44,032 nucleotides of DNA from a virus. Its lineage: Duplodnaviria > Caudoviricetes. The notes under the pieces were generated by a model. That model saw only the letters and a program-made list of their open reading frames with translations. It made no database searches and was not told the DNA's origin. This document shows positions 1-8,656 of this stretch, in pieces. The stretch's first letter is position 1. Each line of letters begins with the position of its first letter. The position numbers and the translations under genes are program-made. The stretch spans positions 1 through 44,032 of IMG/VR virus record IMGVR_UViG_3300048574_000459. One strand, written 5' to 3'.

Positions 1-693
1 TTAGAATCTGAGGCCTGCTCCCACGTACCACCCCGGCCCCGTCCAGCCTACGTAGCCGCCGCCGGTGGCGAAGGCCTTCGACCCGACCGAGACGCCGGCG
101 CCGACCTGGCTTAGGTTGCCTTGCACGTCCAATCCTACCTCCAGGGGAATGCCTACCACCCAGGGAGGCACCTCGACGTGCTCGAGCTGGTAGGTGAGGG
201 CCAGGGCGCCGGGCACGGTCGCGACCATGGCGCCGAGGCGGGCGTGTGTCGGCGACGCCTCCAGATGCCGGCCACCGCCCTGCGTGTCGGCCATCGGCAC
301 CGCGGCCGAGCTCGACGCCCCCGAGCTGGCGGCCGCCGTCGCGGTCTGCCGGATCCGGATGATGATCGGCTCGTCCTGTACGGCGCTGTACGGACCTGGC
401 GAATTTTCGTCCACTTGATCGCCGCGCGGTTGCTGGGTTTGCGACCCGAGCGGGCTAGCTTGTACGACCGTGTACGGATTCTGGGCCACCCTGCGGGGCG
501 GGATGATCGCCTCAAATTCAAACTCGGTCGTGGCCACCGTCGAGCTGGCAGCCGCCGAGGTCGCCGCGGGCATGGGGGGAGCCGGGAGGTGCGCAGGCGG
601 GACGCTGGGGGCTGGTGCGGAGCATCGAGCAAGGCCCAGGCCGGCCATGAGGATGACAAGGATGACCGCGAGGGCCAGGTAGAGCTTCCTCAT
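1..693 (-). CDS. Third lysis-cassette gene: N-terminal membrane anchor/signal, Pro/Ala/Ser linker, C-terminal beta-strand region (spanin-like)
   Basis: ATG at 693 overlaps the amidase TGA (ATGA). Starts MRKLYLALAVILVILMAGLGLARC and ends GWYVGAGLRF. The longer ORF-track start overlaps the amidase and is not used. Confidence 0.6.
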   Translation of the reverse strand: MRKLYLALAVILVILMAGLGLARCSAPAPSVPPAHLPAPPMPAATSAAASSTVATTEFEFEAIIPPRRVAQNPYTVVQASPLGSQTQQPRGDQVDENSPGPYSAVQDEPIIIRIRQTATAAASSGASSSAAVPMADTQGGGRHLEASPTHARLGAMVATVPGALALTYQLEHVEVPPWVVGIPLEVGLDVQGNLSQVGAGVSVGSKAFATGGGYVGWTGPGWYVGAGLRF

Positions 694-1157
694 GCCAGGT
701 ACCCCCTCACGAGCTCGCGCAGGCGCGGCAGCAGAGCGTAGAGGTTTTGGCCTGGGCAGGTTTTCTGAGGCCGGAGCATGCGCGACACCCAGGCGTCCCG
801 GTGGCCCACGATGTTCTCCGCCGGGACGCCGTGACGCTTGGCCAGGACGGCGCAGGCCTGGACGAGGGCACGGAACTGCGGATCGTCCTCGGTGATGGCG
901 TCCTGGTCGAAGTTGCCTGTCAGACAGATGCCCAGCGAGTCCCGGTTGTAGTAGGGCTCGTGGGCGCCTTGGATATGATCGGGGCGGCCCTGGTGGATCT
1001 TCCCGTCCCCGGTGATGACCCGGTGGTAGCCGATGTCGCTCCAGCCATTGCCGCGGGGCTTCGGGTCCGTGTGCCACCGCTTGATCGCCTCGGGCGTGGT
1101 CTTGTGCCGGTCGCTGGCGGAACAGTGGATGACGAGATGAGTGATCTTACGGGACAT
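690..1157 (-). CDS. Endolysin, N-acetylmuramoyl-L-alanine amidase (T7 lysozyme/Amidase_2 type)
   Basis: Motifs VIHCSA, DIGYH, GAH, SLGICL, GHRD, KTCPG; SD AGGAGG. Confidence 0.92.
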   Translation of the reverse strand: MSRKITHLVIHCSASDRHKTTPEAIKRWHTDPKPRGNGWSDIGYHRVITGDGKIHQGRPDHIQGAHEPYYNRDSLGICLTGNFDQDAITEDDPQFRALVQACAVLAKRHGVPAENIVGHRDAWVSRMLRPQKTCPGQNLYALLPRLRELVRGYLA

Positions 1158-1632
1158 GGGTTTCCTCCTTGTCTTCGGGAGCGATTGCCTCGGCGCGCAT
1201 CCGTAAGAGGCCGATCAAGCGGCGCAGTAGAGGCACGTCGTACCCGAGGCGGCGGGTGATAGCGTCGGTGTTCTCGAGGTTGCTGACGGCCTCGGTGTAG
1301 AGGATGAGGAGCGCTACCCACTCCCCGGCCTCGGCGGCGATCGGGCCGGCATGGGTCATGGCGTAGCCACAGCCCAGGAGTGCGAGGTAGATCGTGGTCT
1401 TGATGGCTCCTCGAACGCCTGCGTCGCTGTGGACCTGGCGCATGAGCATGGCCCGGCTCGTACCCGTCACCCAGTCGAGGATGAGCGCCCAGACGGCGAG
1501 CTGGTAGAGCCCCGGAGAGGTGAGCCAGCCGCCGAGGGTGACGAGCGCGGCGACGGCGAGCTTGAGGGGAGCGGCCTCGAGGAGGCGCTCCAGCACGTGC
1601 GGGATGGTGGTGAGAATGTCTCGACTGCTCAT
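1147..1632 (-). CDS. Phage holin (toxin-secretion/phage lysis holin family)
   Basis: Several TM segments, LDWVTG...S..G..G..K...EAVSNLEN pattern, directly upstream of the amidase. Confidence 0.8.
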   Translation of the reverse strand: MSSRDILTTIPHVLERLLEAAPLKLAVAALVTLGGWLTSPGLYQLAVWALILDWVTGTSRAMLMRQVHSDAGVRGAIKTTIYLALLGCGYAMTHAGPIAAEAGEWVALLILYTEAVSNLENTDAITRRLGYDVPLLRRLIGLLRMRAEAIAPEDKEETHVP

Positions 1633-1646
1633 GGGCAGCGTCCTTT

Positions 1647-1675
1647 CAAAGCGAAACCCCCGCCGAAGCGGGGGC
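1647..1675 (-). terminator. Intrinsic terminator after the giant gene
   Basis: CCCCCGC-TTCG-GCGGGGG followed by TTTCGCTTT on the - strand. Confidence 0.7.
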
Positions 1676-1688
1676 GTGGTAGGTTGGG

Positions 1689-4600
1689 TTACTGCTTGAT
1701 GGTGCGGAGTATCTCACGCCGCGCTTGTGCTCTGGCATTGATAATGACCTTCTCCATGGCCGCCTTCTTGCGATCATCATCGGCTCGCTGGTAGGCAGGC
1801 CGCTCGATCAGTCTCACGATGCTCTGTTGGGCAAGCTCGCCCGTCCGCTTGCCCAAGTTGCGGATCTGCTCATCTGATAGCTTTACAGCCGTCCCTCTGA
1901 CGGTAACCTGCTTTCCGACAGGTGCTAACCCGACGTCGAGGCGCAGGAGTTCGCGGACTACCGGATCCTTGTCCTCGCGCGCCTCCTTGCTCAAGAAGGC
2001 GTTGATCGCATGAAGTCGATCGTTTGGAACCTCGCGCCCGAGAACATCCACCTTGGCCGGTAGCTGATTCCTCAGCACCGGTACCCGGTTTTGGATGCGA
2101 TCCAAGGGTGTCTTGGTTTCGCGCTTCTTGTCGTCGAGCGCCGTAGCCGCATCGTTGACGAACGTTGGGATGAAGCTGCCCGCCAGGTCGCCAACCAGCT
2201 TCGGAGCTTCCTTGGCCGGATCCTGAGCGACCTTGGTAACTGCCTCAAGGCCCTGGAAGAATGGTTGCTCCAGCGCCGACTTGGCCGCAGTGGCAAGCAT
2301 TCCAGAAACCCCGCCCCCATCCCGGTACATGGTCGCCCCGGTTACCAGGAGGTTCCCCAGCGGAGCGAGCGCAGCAACTTGCTGCCAAGAGTCACCGATC
2401 TTGATGGCTCCGGTTTGACGATTGGCGGCCTCATCGACGTTGCGCTTGCTCTTGTCCTCCTGATAGGTGCCGGTCATGAGGCCAGCCTCCGCGAGCTTGT
2501 AGCCCAGGAAGAGGGCTCCTGCGCCCGTGAGCCCTCGGCCGAGCTGGTCGGCAATTGCCTTTTGCTCCTGGGGGTTGAGGCCATCCAGTAAGCGCTGTGC
2601 CTTGAGGCGGTTTGCTACGATCTTCCCGCTGTCCCATGCCAGTCCGACCCCCGTGTAATCAAGAATCCGAGCGACGATGTTCAGCGGAGTGTTCTTGAAC
2701 GGGACCACCAGATCGACGCCCGCCCTCACGCCTGGATGAACACTCTCCAGCCGCTGGATCCCCTTAGCTAGAATGTTCTCGTCCGTGAAGGTGGCGAACT
2801 CGGCATCTGCGATAGCCTGGGCGATGATCTCGCTCGTCGGCTTCTCGGAGTATTCCTTCGCCGCCTTCCTTGCCGCTTCGCCCTTCAAGCCCTCGTTGAT
2901 GGCCTTGAGCTTGGCTTGGGCCTCGACTGAGCGCCGGTAGGCGTAGGCCTTGAATACGCGGTCCTCGCCCGACAGCGAGCGAAACAGGAAGTTGGCGTAG
3001 GTATCCAGGATCTTGTTACCGCTGTTGACCTCCCTTCCGAGCTTGAGGTTCACCAGGTCGTCATAGGTGGCGCCATGACGTAAGACCTCCTTGGCTTCCT
3101 TGACGCCGCGGGTAGCAGCCTCGTAGGTTGAGCGCCAGATAGCCTTGCCGGATGGCCCTGCGACCGTCCGGTTCCCCGTGGCGGTCGCCAAGGCCATGTC
3201 CGCGAGCACCGACGGCACCCGCCGGATCTCCTCGAGCGCCGCAAAGCTCGTGTTGCCCAAGATGTTCCGGGTATGAGTCTTGGCGCTCGACAGCAAGCCA
3301 GCCTTCCGGAGCGCGAGTAGCGTCTCCATGGGGCCGGTCTTTTCGAGCTTCATCAGCTCCTTGGCCAGCAGGAAGCGCACGTTATCTGCTTCGGCCTTGT
3401 CGCCCTTGGCTTGCGCTTCGGCACCGCGCGCGATCAAGTCGCGTACCGTTCGGAGCTTGTCGTCCGACAGCGCCCCGCCCGCCGCCCGCTTCGCACGACT
3501 CACCCAGTAATCCGCGTCAAAGGAGTTCGATGCGGTCATGCGGTGATAGGCGAGGTTGCGGCCGTCCTGGGAACGGGTCTGGAAGAGCACGTCGATGATG
3601 CCCTTGGCGTCCCGCTCCAAGCGATGGATGAACGACTCCTCGGCCCGGACCTCCGCCTCCGTCATGGTATTGCGCCCCTTTTCCAGATCTGCCGAGCGGC
3701 GAGTAGCCTCGCTGTTGATGGCGTTCAGCCGATCGCGAGCCGCCTGCCTCACGGCGGGGTGGATGGTATGGCCGTCCTTCGGGGGGCGAAGCTCCGCGAT
3801 CAGCCTGGGATCGATCTTGGCGGCTTCGGCCTTGATTTCGTCGAACGTCACCACCCGTTTGGGGTTGCCCTGCGTCTCCACAACGGACTGCTGGACGAGC
3901 CGCGCTAGGTTGTTGGCCTCACCCTCGGAGATCGCGAGCTTCGAGAAGTTCAGGAAGTCCTCGGGATCAACCGCTTCAACCGCATGGGGCATGGCCGTAG
4001 TCCGGAGGCGCTCGCCCTGGGTGAACTCGCCAACCGCCCGCTTGGCCTCACCGCGCAGGTTCTTAGCGCCCGGGCCGACGAAGGCCGCAGCGTCCGAAGG
4101 ATTGACGCCCTCGATCTGACTGAGGATCGCCTGTCCACCGACTTCATCCACCGCCCTACCAAGGCGATCGGCGATGTTCTTCGGCGCGCGTCGGAGTGCG
4201 CCCAAATCCAAAGCTCCTTCCTCGTCGTTGAGGATTCGCCCTAAGAGGGAGTTGTCTTCCTGAGGGGTTGCAGGTATATTATTGTTAAGCCCTTCTCGCG
4301 GAGCGGGAGTCGTCGCTCCGCCTTCGTTGCCGGGAACGTCTGTCCTCCTTCCGGTACGAGAGGGGTTTCGCTTTTCCGGCTTGACCTCAAATTCGGTCAA
4401 TAGCCAGGTTTTTGCCTCACCATCCCATTCCAATCGAATAGTGGCACGGTGAGTATCGCCCTCCGTCGCTAACTGAATGCGGTTATTGCTGCGTTCGTAA
4501 ACGTGCATGCGAGAGAGGATTCCTTGAAAATCTTCTAGCACCTCGGGATGGTACTTGGCGATCTTCGCCAAGCCATGCCCATCACTCTTGCCGCTCCCCT

Positions 4601-6827
4601 CCTTCCCCCACATCAGATCGATATCACCAACCTCAGGATGATGAAGGGCGGCGACAGCCTCCCCGTCCCGAGCCTCCATGAGCTTCTTGATCGCCCCCTG
4701 AGCGTCATGGCGGAACTCTCGGAAGATGGGGCCGTGAGCGCTAAGGTTAGCGAAAGACCGAGCGGCTTTGCCGCCGCCTTCCATCTGGAGCGAGGTCTGA
4801 ATCTCTCTGAGCTGATGCGCCCAACTCGCATCGTCCACCTCTCGCCCGAGCTGAGTCAGGCGAGAGGCAGTCTCCAGATCACGATCCGCCATAGCCTTCT
4901 CCAGGCGACCCCCGATCTCCTCCCGGATAGCGGGCTTCATCTTCTCGAAGACCTCAAGCTCCGCATCGATCGCCTTGTTTGCCTGGTTAGTGTAGATGGC
5001 GTCCGATCGCACAAGCCCCTTGGTGGAGTTCCAGGCGGGTTTCTTGCCAGTCGCAGTGGTGATGGTTTGTCCCGCATCACCGACGGGTCCGGTAGGGTTT
5101 ACAGCTTCGATGGCCTCCCTCACCATCTGCTCGACCGGGAGATGGCGCTGGCCGCCCTGGTGGGCCCCGAGCATCTCCATGGCCTGGCTAATCTTGGTCA
5201 TGGCTTGCTCGTTTCCTGAGCTGGCGGCCACATCGTAGGCAAAGCTCAACTCGTCAGCCATTCGCTGATGATTGACGGGCGGCTGAGCGACTTGCTGCGT
5301 GAGAGCCGCATTGGGATCGCGGAACCCGCCGGGCGGAACCCGGATAGGAACCCGTTCCGGAAGCGCGAGCGGTTGGCGCAGCGCAGGGGGATTCTGAGCG
5401 GCCGCCAGCACCCGCGCGCGCACCTCGGGCGGGAGCCCTGCCTCGATCATCTGAGCCTCAAGCGGCGACGGCGGGAGCGCCATGGGTTGGCGCTTGCCGA
5501 TTCCCATGGCATCCATCCGCAAGAGATCGAACGGATCGGCGGCCGAGGGGCGCCGTAGCGTGTCCAGCCCCGCTACCGGGCGCGCCTGGTCCGAGACGCG
5601 GGGAATCGGATCCTGACGCTGGGGCAAGAACTGACGAAGCAGCGAGAGTTCCGCACCCGTGGGAGCGGGAGCATCGCTTGCAGCACCGAGCATGCCAGTG
5701 TTCGGATAGGCAGGGCCAGACGCAGCAGGCGCGGGGTTGCGAATCGGTACGGCAGGCCCGACGTAGCCCGCACCTTCGCCGAGGTTCGGCATCATGTTCC
5801 CGACCGAGTATGGCTGAGGCGGCCGTGGAGCCTGGCTATTGAACTCCACGCGCGAGAACTGATCCGTCATGGCGTCCGGCGCCGTACGGAAACCACCCGG
5901 CGGGACATTGATCTGTGACCGCTCGGGAAGCTGGAGCGGGGCCGGGGCCTGCGATGGGCTCTGTGCATTGGCGAAGACTTGGGCTCGCTGCTCGGGGGTG
6001 AGGCCTGCCGCCATCATCTCGGCTTCCATCTGGGTCGGAGGCAAGGCATGACGCGCGATACCACGCGCAGCCATCTCGTGCTGAACGGCTGTCCGTAGCT
6101 CGGGGCTCAGAGCGTCACCAAAGCGCGAATAGTCGAGCAAGGCCTTATCGTCTAAGCTCTTGACCTGATCGCCTGCTTGCGCAGCCGCACGGATGGCGCG
6201 GGTCCCTCTTGCTGCCGTAGCTGCAGGGATGGCGCCGCCGAGCATTGCGCCAAGAGCTCCCGTTTTCGCCACGTCCCAAGCACTGATTTCGCCGTTTACT
6301 TGGCCTTGGAGCGCAGCGCTTCCCGCGCCCTGGACGGTACCCGAGGTTGCGCCAGCACCAACGGCAATCGCCTTCTTGGCTAGCGGTTTGGTCGCCTGCC
6401 TCACCAGCTTTCCGCCGACGCCGCCCGTGACCGCATCGACCGCGAGGCCGATCGGATCTGCCAGTTCGCCCACGATACCGCCGGTGGTTTCTGCCAGGAT
6501 GGACATGGGGTTGTTGGCGATCGCCGAGCCCTCTTCGCGCAGAGCCTTGCGCCCCGTTGCGGCTTCAACCGCAAGCCCGCCAAGGTTACGGTTGAAGCCC
6601 TCTTTGAACCCTGCGCCAACGGATCCTTGGCGGGTATCGCCATGTCGCGTGGTCCGCGAGATGATGTTGTCCTGGATGAAGCCCTTGAAGGCATCCGACT
6701 TCTTGCCGACCTCGGGACCGACGACCTTCTTAGCAAAGTTGCGCGTGACCTTCATCTGGATGTCGCTGGGAAGGTCTTTCCATTCGGGGTGGTTCGTGAT
6801 CTCGGACCACGTTTCTTGCCATGCCAT
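1689..6827 (-). CDS. Large polyvalent internal virion/DNA-ejection protein with a PBECR1-like (Barnase/ColE5/RelE-fold) RNase domain at ~4386-4736
   Basis: 1712 aa; last gene of the tail/ejection block; Gly/Ala-rich N-terminal hydrophobic stretches; segment GDIDLMWG...GHGLAKIAKYHPE...IRLEWDGEAKTWLLTEFE matches my recollection of PBECR1. Confidence 0.72.
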   Translation of the reverse strand: MAWQETWSEITNHPEWKDLPSDIQMKVTRNFAKKVVGPEVGKKSDAFKGFIQDNIISRTTRHGDTRQGSVGAGFKEGFNRNLGGLAVEAATGRKALREEGSAIANNPMSILAETTGGIVGELADPIGLAVDAVTGGVGGKLVRQATKPLAKKAIAVGAGATSGTVQGAGSAALQGQVNGEISAWDVAKTGALGAMLGGAIPAATAARGTRAIRAAAQAGDQVKSLDDKALLDYSRFGDALSPELRTAVQHEMAARGIARHALPPTQMEAEMMAAGLTPEQRAQVFANAQSPSQAPAPLQLPERSQINVPPGGFRTAPDAMTDQFSRVEFNSQAPRPPQPYSVGNMMPNLGEGAGYVGPAVPIRNPAPAASGPAYPNTGMLGAASDAPAPTGAELSLLRQFLPQRQDPIPRVSDQARPVAGLDTLRRPSAADPFDLLRMDAMGIGKRQPMALPPSPLEAQMIEAGLPPEVRARVLAAAQNPPALRQPLALPERVPIRVPPGGFRDPNAALTQQVAQPPVNHQRMADELSFAYDVAASSGNEQAMTKISQAMEMLGAHQGGQRHLPVEQMVREAIEAVNPTGPVGDAGQTITTATGKKPAWNSTKGLVRSDAIYTNQANKAIDAELEVFEKMKPAIREEIGGRLEKAMADRDLETASRLTQLGREVDDASWAHQLREIQTSLQMEGGGKAARSFANLSAHGPIFREFRHDAQGAIKKLMEARDGEAVAALHHPEVGDIDLMWGKEGSGKSDGHGLAKIAKYHPEVLEDFQGILSRMHVYERSNNRIQLATEGDTHRATIRLEWDGEAKTWLLTEFEVKPEKRNPSRTGRRTDVPGNEGGATTPAPREGLNNNIPATPQEDNSLLGRILNDEEGALDLGALRRAPKNIADRLGRAVDEVGGQAILSQIEGVNPSDAAAFVGPGAKNLRGEAKRAVGEFTQGERLRTTAMPHAVEAVDPEDFLNFSKLAISEGEANNLARLVQQSVVETQGNPKRVVTFDEIKAEAAKIDPRLIAELRPPKDGHTIHPAVRQAARDRLNAINSEATRRSADLEKGRNTMTEAEVRAEESFIHRLERDAKGIIDVLFQTRSQDGRNLAYHRMTASNSFDADYWVSRAKRAAGGALSDDKLRTVRDLIARGAEAQAKGDKAEADNVRFLLAKELMKLEKTGPMETLLALRKAGLLSSAKTHTRNILGNTSFAALEEIRRVPSVLADMALATATGNRTVAGPSGKAIWRSTYEAATRGVKEAKEVLRHGATYDDLVNLKLGREVNSGNKILDTYANFLFRSLSGEDRVFKAYAYRRSVEAQAKLKAINEGLKGEAARKAAKEYSEKPTSEIIAQAIADAEFATFTDENILAKGIQRLESVHPGVRAGVDLVVPFKNTPLNIVARILDYTGVGLAWDSGKIVANRLKAQRLLDGLNPQEQKAIADQLGRGLTGAGALFLGYKLAEAGLMTGTYQEDKSKRNVDEAANRQTGAIKIGDSWQQVAALAPLGNLLVTGATMYRDGGGVSGMLATAAKSALEQPFFQGLEAVTKVAQDPAKEAPKLVGDLAGSFIPTFVNDAATALDDKKRETKTPLDRIQNRVPVLRNQLPAKVDVLGREVPNDRLHAINAFLSKEAREDKDPVVRELLRLDVGLAPVGKQVTVRGTAVKLSDEQIRNLGKRTGELAQQSIVRLIERPAYQRADDDRKKAAMEKVIINARAQARREILRTIKQ
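4252..4280 (+). promoter_or_regulatory. Antisense sigma70-like promoter inside the giant gene
   Basis: TTGTCT (4252-4257), 17-nt spacer, TATATT (4275-4280), in an AT-rich patch of an otherwise GC-rich CDS. Confidence 0.6.
4287..4375 (+). ncRNA. Putative nested antisense sRNA (three-way junction plus U-rich tail)
   Basis: Starts 7 nt after the -10. Stem 4287-4298/4357-4368, hairpins 4299-4305/4314-4320 and 4328-4335/4349-4356. All 4 non-WC pairs are G-U on the + strand. Ends TTTCGCTTTT. Confidence 0.6.
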
Positions 6828-6838
6828 CTGGTAGCTCC

Positions 6839-7717
6839 TTATAGCAATCCACCGGCCTTGAGGGTTTCCACGAGGCTGGTTTTCTTCGGCTGAGCTGGGG
6901 AAGTCTGCTTCTTGGGCTTCTGGCCCTTGGTCTGGACTTGGTGGAGTAAACCTCGATAGACCGCCTCAACCGCTGCGTTGCGATCCGCGAATCGCTGTTC
7001 GTAATCGCCCGGCAAATCAAGCGAAGACGGAACTACTTTCGGGACTAGCTTTTCAGCTTGGTCCCGAAAATTTCTCTCCATCTTTTCGCGCTTTCGATCC
7101 TCGCGCTCTTGCCGGCGGGCCTCGCGCTCTTCGGTAATCGATGGATCGGGCGCTGCTTTTGGCGTAGGGGCAGCAACCATACCAGGGGTCAGTTCACCCC
7201 AAACCTTGCGCCCGTCCGACTGCGGAATCCATCCCATCTGGGGTTTAGGCGCTGGGGCTGGCTTCGGGGGCGCCTGGTAGACTACTTGTCCCGTCAATGG
7301 ATTCACCAGGTTACCCGCAACCTCGACTGGCTTCGGCGCCGGGGGTTTGATCGTCTCGAAGATGCTGACTTCTTTCGGGTCGTAGACCGTCGTGTAGCCC
7401 TTCACTGCAGGCATGGGACCGACCATGCCGGGATCCTTGCGCGAGGCCTCGACCTGGCCGACGTACTCCTGCCGAGGGACCTGGATCGTCTGCTTCATCG
7501 GTTCATAGCCTGCCTGCTTCCAGATCTGGCTTGAGAAGTCAGTCCCCCAAGCTCCCTCGCGTTGCCCCTCGATCAGCTTCAATAGCGTACCCAGGCGATT
7601 TTGCTGATCCTGTTGCGTGCGTTGGCGGGCTTGCTCCTGGAGCTGGTTTCGCACCTGGAGGCCCTCGCCCAGCCCTTGGGTTGCTCCGAGCAATAGCGGT
7701 AAGAGATTCAAGGCCAT
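6839..7717 (-). CDS. Putative DNA ejection/internal virion protein
   Basis: Hydrophobic N-terminus then Q/R/E-rich coiled coil and Pro-rich linker; lies between the nozzle and the giant gene. Confidence 0.55.
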   Translation of the reverse strand: MALNLLPLLLGATQGLGEGLQVRNQLQEQARQRTQQDQQNRLGTLLKLIEGQREGAWGTDFSSQIWKQAGYEPMKQTIQVPRQEYVGQVEASRKDPGMVGPMPAVKGYTTVYDPKEVSIFETIKPPAPKPVEVAGNLVNPLTGQVVYQAPPKPAPAPKPQMGWIPQSDGRKVWGELTPGMVAAPTPKAAPDPSITEEREARRQEREDRKREKMERNFRDQAEKLVPKVVPSSLDLPGDYEQRFADRNAAVEAVYRGLLHQVQTKGQKPKKQTSPAQPKKTSLVETLKAGGLL

Positions 7718-7719
7718 GG

Positions 7720-8463
7720 CTAACCCCCCATGAGAAGTAGCGGCAGCAACCGAAGCGCTCCGCTCACCAACTGCTGGTTCTGCTGATCCTGGTACTGCTG
7801 GCGATTCCAGGCCTGATCAGCCAAGCCATCCTCGCGAGTCAAGAGCGAGGCGTAGGTGCTCGCCCCGCCGCCGCTGCGGAGCATTCCGAGCAAGCTAGCG
7901 AGTTGGCTATCCCGCATGGTCTCGTAGCGCTGCTCCTGGCCGTAGGCATCCGCCCGGGTTTGTGCCTCAGCTCCGGAAGTTGCGCGCCCCTGATCCATGG
8001 CGAGCCGCCGAAGCGCTGAGGTCTCCTGGGCCGTCCCGAGCGCCCCACGCTGCGCGAGCGAGCGCATGGTCTGCTCGCGCGCATCCGCGAAACCTCGCTG
8101 GATTGAGCCCTGCTGGAGCGCCAGAAGCTTTTGTAGTCCAGGATTACCCTGACCGTAAGGGTTTGCCCTCCCGGCGATTGACGAGTACAAGGCGTCGCGC
8201 TGGGAGCGGCCTGCCGAGAGGTCGTCCTCCATCGAATCAGCCAGCCGGCGCAGGATGCTTTGCAGGTCGGTCGCCTGCGAGTTCTGGCCCGGCAGCGCCG
8301 ACGGCCAAGCGCTCGGGGATCCAGAGCCGCTACCCAGGCTGTAGTTCCAAGGGTTCCCCGTTGCTGCCGGCCCCGTGGTCTTGAACGCCGAAGGATTTAC
8401 CTTGCTGACATCCATCTTCGTGAGATCCACGGAATTCGGGTCTACGAATCCGATTTGCGCCAT
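7720..8463 (-). CDS. Putative DNA ejection/internal virion protein
   Basis: Q/A/G-rich, LAQRGALG motif and hydrophobic C-terminus, typical of podovirus ejection proteins; syntenic position. Confidence 0.55.
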   Translation of the reverse strand: MAQIGFVDPNSVDLTKMDVSKVNPSAFKTTGPAATGNPWNYSLGSGSGSPSAWPSALPGQNSQATDLQSILRRLADSMEDDLSAGRSQRDALYSSIAGRANPYGQGNPGLQKLLALQQGSIQRGFADAREQTMRSLAQRGALGTAQETSALRRLAMDQGRATSGAEAQTRADAYGQEQRYETMRDSQLASLLGMLRSGGGASTYASLLTREDGLADQAWNRQQYQDQQNQQLVSGALRLLPLLLMGG

Positions 8464-8481
8464 CCTATCCCCCTTTCATGC

Positions 8482-8505
8482 AAAAACCCCGCCTTTCGAC
8501 GGGGC
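8482..8505 (-). terminator. Terminator-like hairpin
   Basis: CCCCGTC-GAAA-GGCGGGG followed by TTTTTGCATG. Confidence 0.65.
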
Positions 8506-8648
8506 TACTTCTTCACCTGTTTCTCGAGCTCGGCGATCCGCTTCTCCAGCGCGGCCGCCCTTCGCTCGAGCGCCGCGGTTTCCTCCTCCATCCGCCGGAT
8601 CACCTCGCGGAGGTCGGGGTCCTTCACCAGCTGCCATAGGCTTTGCAT
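8505..8648 (-). CDS. 47-aa coiled-coil protein (tail needle/plug position); absent from the ORF track
   Basis: GGAGG SD; MQSLWQLVKDPDLREVIRRMEEETAALERRAAALEKRIAELEKQVKK*; fills the gap after the nozzle gene. Confidence 0.75.
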   Translation of the reverse strand: MQSLWQLVKDPDLREVIRRMEEETAALERRAAALEKRIAELEKQVKK

Positions 8649-8656
8649 GCTGCCTC

